DNA from: Planctomycetota bacterium
Lineage (GTDB): Bacteria; Planctomycetota; B15-G4
NCBI GenBank assembly: GCA_038212275.1
Contig: JBBQUR010000021.1
Span: 24,165-88,164 of the forward strand
DNA length: 64,000 nt
Direction of reading: 5' to 3'
In this document: one piece after another, positions 60,006 through 64,000 of the stretch
Numbering within the stretch: the stretch's first letter is position 1
How the letters are laid out: each line of letters opens with the position of its first letter
The notes under the pieces: model-generated
What the model saw: the letters and a program-made list of their open reading frames with translations, nothing else
Database searches by the model: none
What the model was told of the DNA's origin: nothing
Position numbers and translations under genes: made by a program

Positions 60006-60020
60006 GGAATCTCGCGGTGG

Positions 60021-60042
60021 GCCGCGCGACGCATCGCGCGGC
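60021..60042 (-). promoter_or_regulatory. Perfect 9-bp stem, 4-nt loop hairpin 15 nt upstream of the BMC-T(dp) start
   Basis: gccgcgcga-cgca-tcgcgcggc. Confidence 0.5.
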
Positions 60043-60138
60043 GGACTTCAGGACGACGGGAGCCGATGCTCGCTGCAACGACATCCCTCCGCGTCAACGC
60101 GCGGGCTGCCGACGCGGCTGGACTCCGGCGCGGCGCGA

Positions 60139-60174
60139 CGGCGTGCGTGCGGCATGACGCCGCGACGCACGCCG
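60139..60174 (-). promoter_or_regulatory. 15-bp stem-loop about 30 nt downstream of the BMC-H stop (no U-tract)
   Basis: cggcgtgcgt-gcggc-atgac-gccgc-g-acgcacgccg. Confidence 0.5.
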
Positions 60175-60203
60175 GCCTCAGGCCGCGCGCGGAGCGGGCA
60201 GCA

Positions 60204-60494
60204 TCACTCCGGCAGCGCCTGCGGCTGCGGGAGGATGGACTCCACTTCGCTGTGCGGACGCGGGATCACGTGAACGGAGACCAGTTCGCCCACGCGACGC
60301 GCCGCGGCGGCGCCGGCGTCGGTCGCGGCCTTCACCGCACCGACTTCGCCACGCACCATCACGGTGACGTAGCCGCCGCCGATGCGCTCCTTGCCGATGA
60401 GGGTCACCTTGGCGGCCTTCACCATCGCGTCCGCAGCTTCGATGCTGCCGACGAGGCCCTTGGTCTCGATCATTCCCAGTGCGATCTGGCTCAT
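60204..60494 (-). CDS. BMC shell hexamer (BMC-H, PduA/EutM-like)
   Basis: [56 protein letters not shown]. Confidence 0.96.
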   Translation of the reverse strand: MSQIALGMIETKGLVGSIEAADAMVKAAKVTLIGKERIGGGYVTVMVRGEVGAVKAATDAGAAAARRVGELVSVHVIPRPHSEVESILPQPQALPE

Positions 60495-60540
60495 GCGTGG
60501 TCAGTTTCCGCCGGCGCGAAGCCGGCTCTCGAGAAAGGAA

Positions 60541-62307
60541 TCAGGTCCGGTATTTCATGGGGCGCGGCGTCGGAATCGCGCCGCCCTCGTAAGGCGGCTT
60601 GGTGCGCGACGCCGGAAAAGCAGGCGCGGAGTCTGCCGCACCGGCGCCCGCACCGGCGCCGGTGCCGGATGGGCCCGCGCCGCTCGCGCCGGAGCCCGTC
60701 GCGTGGCGCGGGTCTTCACTCGGGCGCTCCGCGAAGGGCGAGCTGGGATGCACGGGATTGCCCTGCCACGCCGGGTGATCCGCGTTGAGCGCGTTCGCGG
60801 CGGCGGGCAACGGCGCCTTCGGTGCCGTCATGCCCGGCGTACCGACCGAGCCGGAGCTGCTCGCGGCGCGCACGCCCGGCGCCGGCGAGGCCGGCAGCGC
60901 GGTGAAGCTCAGCGCCTTGGGCGGGCCCTTCGCAAAGTCCGGGAAGCTCTCCACGAAACCCTCATACACGTAGCCGACGTGCTTCACGAGCACGAGGTTG
61001 TGCGCGGAGATGTTGTCGGACGTGATGTTGCCGCCGAAGGCACCGCAGCCCAGCGTCATGCTCGGCACGAGACCGGTGCCGAAGCCCACCGCGCCCTGCG
61101 CCGACGGCGCGTTGATGAGGATGCGGTGCGTGGGCTTGTCCATCACGAAGCGCCAGATGATCTCTTCATCGCGGCTGTGGATGGACAGCGTGTGGCCGCG
61201 CCCGCCGAAGTTCAGGATCTCGATGCAGCGCTCGCAGCCGGCCTCCCAGCCGTCCTCGCAGTAGACGCTGAGAATCGGCGAGAGCTTCTCGACAGAGAGC
61301 GGGTGGTCCCAGCCCACGCCGGTTTCCTCGGTGAGCAGCACCGTGGTCGTCTCGGGCACCGAGAAGCCGGCCATCTTCGCGATCTGATGCGGGTAGAGGC
61401 CGACGATGTCGGCGTTCACGCGCCGGCCGCGCACGACGATGGCAGACAGCTTGGCGCGCTCTTCCGGCGTGCACCAGTGGGCGCTGTTGCGCGTGAATTC
61501 CTCGCGCACCGCGGCGTAGATCGGCTTGTCGATGACGACGCTCTGCTCGCTCGCGCAGATCGTGCTGTTGTCGAAGGTCTGGCTGCCGACGATGGCGCGC
61601 ACCGCGTGGTGGATGTCCGCCGTGCGCTCGATGTAGGCCGGCGCGTTGCCCGGGCCCACGCCGTACGCGGGCTTGCCCATGCTGTACGCCGCGCGCACCA
61701 GGTCCGGGCCGCCGGTCGCGAGGATGAGCGCCGTCTCGCGCGCCCGCATCGCCTCGTGCGTGCCCTCGAGCGTCGGGGCACTCATGCAGAGGATGAGGTC
61801 ATCGGGCGCGCCCTCCTGGCGGGCGGCCTCGGCCAGGATGCGCGTGGCCTCGCCGATGCACCTCACGCCGCGCGGGTGCGGCGAGATGACGATGGAGTTC
61901 CGCGCCTTGACCGAGATGAGGATCTTGAACATCGCGGTGCTGGTCGGGTTGGTGATGGGCACGATGCCCAGCACCACGCCGTAGGGCTCTGCGACCTGGT
62001 AGTAGCGGCGTGCATCGTCACGCGATATCACCCCCACCGTCTTGAGATCCTTCAGGCTCTGCCAGAGCATGTCCGTGCAGAATTTGTTCTTCTGGTACTT
62101 GCCCGCCACGGAACCGAAGCCGGACTCCTCCACCGCGAGGCGGGCGAGCTTCTCGCTGGCCTGACTGCCGGCGCGGGCCATCGCCTCGCAGATGCGGTCC
62201 ACGCGGGCCTGGTCGAAGGACTTGAACGTCTGCCACGCCTTGCGGCTGCGACGGACAAGGTCCCGGGCCTCCTGAATGCTGCGCAGATCGGCGTCGGCAA
62301 GAATCAT
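60541..62307 (-). CDS. Acylating (CoA-dependent) aldehyde dehydrogenase, EutE/PduP/AdhE-N-like, with a long C-terminal extension
   Basis: PITNPTST, ISPHP, LATGG, GVGPGN, FDNSTICASEQ (catalytic Cys), EKLSPIL, GHT, PSMTLGCG-GGN-SDN. Confidence 0.92.
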   Translation of the reverse strand: MILADADLRSIQEARDLVRRSRKAWQTFKSFDQARVDRICEAMARAGSQASEKLARLAVEESGFGSVAGKYQKNKFCTDMLWQSLKDLKTVGVISRDDARRYYQVAEPYGVVLGIVPITNPTSTAMFKILISVKARNSIVISPHPRGVRCIGEATRILAEAARQEGAPDDLILCMSAPTLEGTHEAMRARETALILATGGPDLVRAAYSMGKPAYGVGPGNAPAYIERTADIHHAVRAIVGSQTFDNSTICASEQSVVIDKPIYAAVREEFTRNSAHWCTPEERAKLSAIVVRGRRVNADIVGLYPHQIAKMAGFSVPETTTVLLTEETGVGWDHPLSVEKLSPILSVYCEDGWEAGCERCIEILNFGGRGHTLSIHSRDEEIIWRFVMDKPTHRILINAPSAQGAVGFGTGLVPSMTLGCGAFGGNITSDNISAHNLVLVKHVGYVYEGFVESFPDFAKGPPKALSFTALPASPAPGVRAASSSGSVGTPGMTAPKAPLPAAANALNADHPAWQGNPVHPSSPFAERPSEDPRHATGSGASGAGPSGTGAGAGAGAADSAPAFPASRTKPPYEGGAIPTPRPMKYRT

Positions 62308-62315
62308 GCGCCGCG

Positions 62316-62321
62316 ATGTTA
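62316..62321 (-). promoter_or_regulatory. Putative -10 box (TAACAT) 8 nt before the first BMC-operon gene; probable leaderless start
   Basis: Minus strand reads ccc-TAACAT-cgcggcgc-ATG with no SD; the same geometry is seen at several other genes. Confidence 0.5.
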
Positions 62322-62458
62322 GGGATCCGCAGCGGGGCGGTCCAGCGGAGGAAGTTGCCGACCGCGCTCCGCAGAAGTTCCGCGCGCCATCCGCTCGGGA
62401 TCAGAGGGCGATCGGCGCGCGATCCCGCCCGGCACACGCGGAGTGCGCGAGCTGCCGG

Positions 62459-62866
62459 TCACGGCAGCGGGCGGATGGTGACGCGCCCGGACAGCCCCTC
62501 GCCCGTCGCCCGGTCCGGGTCGCCGACGGCCACGGCAACCCGCTGGCCGCCGCGCCACACGAAGGCGACATTCTCCGCGAAGGCCAGCGTGCCACCGAAT
62601 CTCTCGTACTCGGGCGCACGGACCTCGCCCAGCCGCGCGCCCGTCGCGCCGGAGAAGAGCTGCGCCAGCGGCCGCGAACTGCGTGCGCTCACGGCGACGT
62701 CCGTCGTGCCGTCGCCATCGATGTCCGGGAGGACGATGATCCGCGTGCCGAAGCCGCTCACGCCGTCCGGCGCGGGCAGCGTGCGCACCGGCGCCACGCA
62801 ACCACAGTCGAGCGCTGCGCAGAACACGAACGTGGCTGACCAAACCACGGAGCGATCCAGATTCAT
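62459..62866 (-). CDS. Small exported FG-GAP/integrin-alpha-repeat-like protein
   Basis: SD GAGGAGG; signal with GC; FG-LPDIDGDGTTDVAVSA, LFSGATG, RFG-VAVGDP-GRV. Confidence 0.65.
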   Translation of the reverse strand: MNLDRSVVWSATFVFCAALDCGCVAPVRTLPAPDGVSGFGTRIIVLPDIDGDGTTDVAVSARSSRPLAQLFSGATGARLGEVRAPEYERFGGTLAFAENVAFVWRGGQRVAVAVGDPDRATGEGLSGRVTIRPLP

Positions 62867-63063
62867 GCACCTCCTCATGCCGCCAGCGCCGCATCGACCT
62901 CGGCCAGCACGTGGTCACGCCAGCCATCGCGGCATGGCGGTTCGACGGCGAAGGCGGAGCAGAACGTCCCGGGCGGCCCGGCGAACTCCGGACGCGGATG
63001 AAGCGCCGCCCAGCGCGCGGCGGGCAGGACGAGCACGGACCAGAGTCCGGGCCGATCGCCAGG

Positions 63064-63119
63064 CCGCCGACTCGCCGACCCGCCGACCCGCCGACCCGCC
63101 GACCCGCCGACCCGCCGCA
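63064..63119. repeat. 8-bp tandem repeat (CCGCCGAC) x7 in a divergent intergenic region
   Basis: Read directly from the sequence. Confidence 0.88.
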
Positions 63120-63248
63120 CGCGGCCGAATGCTCAGTCCGATGCTGCGATGGCCGATGAGCCACGCTAGAAACCTCCGCATCGCGCCCGGCATCCGAAGC
63201 GACACTCCGGCGGCCGCTCTCGGGCCCGCCCCGATTAGGATCATCACC

Positions 63249-63845
63249 ATGCGCATCCTCATCCCGCTGCTCATGCTCGTCCTGCTTCTCTCCGTCTGGG
63301 GGTTCACCCGCACCATGGCTGCTCAATCCGCTCCGAAGACTTCCGCCGACAGCTCCGCGCTCGGCGACCTGCCCGACCCGAACGCCCCCGAGGTCACGGT
63401 GAGCCTGCTCGACGACAAGGGCGAGCTGACGGGCCCGCTGACGCTGAAGAAGATCGTGCGCAGCGAGGAGGCGTGGAAGGCGCGGCTGAGCGCCGAGGAG
63501 TTTCACGTGGCGCGCGAGCAGGGCACGGAGCGCGCCTTCTGCGGGCTGCTCGTGGACCAGCACGAGGACGGCCTCTACACCTGCCGCAGCTGCGGCCTGC
63601 CGCTGTTCTCCAGCGAGCACAAATTCGAGTCCGGCAGCGGCTGGCCGAGCTACTTCGCGCCTGTCGCGAAGGAGAACGTCGTCGAGCACCGCGACGTCAC
63701 GCTGGGCATGGTGCGCACGGAGATCGTCTGCGCCCGCTGCGACGCGCACCTCGGCCACGTCTTCGACGACGGCCCGAAGCCGACGGGCCTCCGCTACTGC
63801 ATGAATTCCGTTTCGCTGAAGTTCTATCCGCGGGCGACCGCCTGA
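63249..63845 (+). CDS. msrB: Peptide-methionine (R)-S-oxide reductase with N-terminal signal/anchor
   Basis: [58 protein letters not shown]. Confidence 0.93.
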   Translation: [198 protein letters not shown]

Positions 63846-63890
63846 GCCCTGCGCGTTCCAACCGAACCACTTCCTGAGGGGAGAAACACC

Positions 63891-64000
63891 ATGTCCGCAT
63901 TCCTGAAGAGCATCGGCCTGGGCCCAGCACTGCTTGCCGGCGCTGCGCTGGCCGTTATCGCCGGCGCCGGTTTCCTGACTTCCGGCGCGGGCGCGGCGCC
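63891..64000 (+). CDS. 5' end of an exported protein, truncated by the window
   Basis: SD-like GAGGGGAG; MSAFLKSIGLGPALLAGAALAVIAGAG signal-like sequence, open to the window end. Confidence 0.55.
   Translation, partial: MSAFLKSIGLGPALLAGAALAVIAGAGFLTSGAGAA

Noticed and set aside
57016..62307. Assignment to PVM, EUT, PDU or carboxysome classes
   Set aside because: No aldolase, PduL, AckA or DeoR regulator, no EutBC, no PduCDE, no RuBisCO or carbonic anhydrase.

Overview
A very GC-rich, gene-dense chromosomal window from a diderm (LPS-making, lpxB) bacterium. The gene repertoire looks Planctomycetota-like, but that is an inference. About 47 genes can be supported; most ORFs in the track are antisense or off-frame shadows. 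In order: a partial McrB-like protein with dead NTPase motifs; five tandem BamE/SmpA-like lipoproteins; yhhQ; a PhyH dioxygenase; glcD-fxsA-glcE-glcF; an aldo-keto reductase; an RND efflux trio; two tandem YejM/PbgA-like sulfatase-fold proteins; a polysaccharide deacetylase, GT2 and M28 peptidase; a DUF5060 protein; an ABC exporter; a Na+/solute symporter with an inserted barrel-sandwich-hybrid-like domain; four minor (pseudo)pilins; clpP; an MlaA-lipase fusion; an AlkP-family protein; ilvE-SLC13-ACT-lpxB; a GH2-PA14 lipoprotein; a DUF711 (UPF0210) protein; a decayed addiction-module antitoxin; an S8 protease; a bacterial microcompartment (BMC) operon; and msrB. The best candidate for an undescribed system is the BMC operon (57016-62307). 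It encodes an acylating aldehyde dehydrogenase, BMC-H, BMC-T(dp), two BMC-P, a PduT-like BMC-T, a Cys-rich protein and a UPF0237-type ACT protein fused to a BMC-associated N-terminal module, but no known signature enzyme. The usual genomic partner of that ACT protein, the uncharacterised DUF711/UPF0210 barrel protein, lies 5.1 kb downstream on the same strand, which suggests a DUF711-based metabolosome. No rRNA, tRNA, CRISPR array, integrase or transposase was seen. All family calls come from motif recognition, not database searches.
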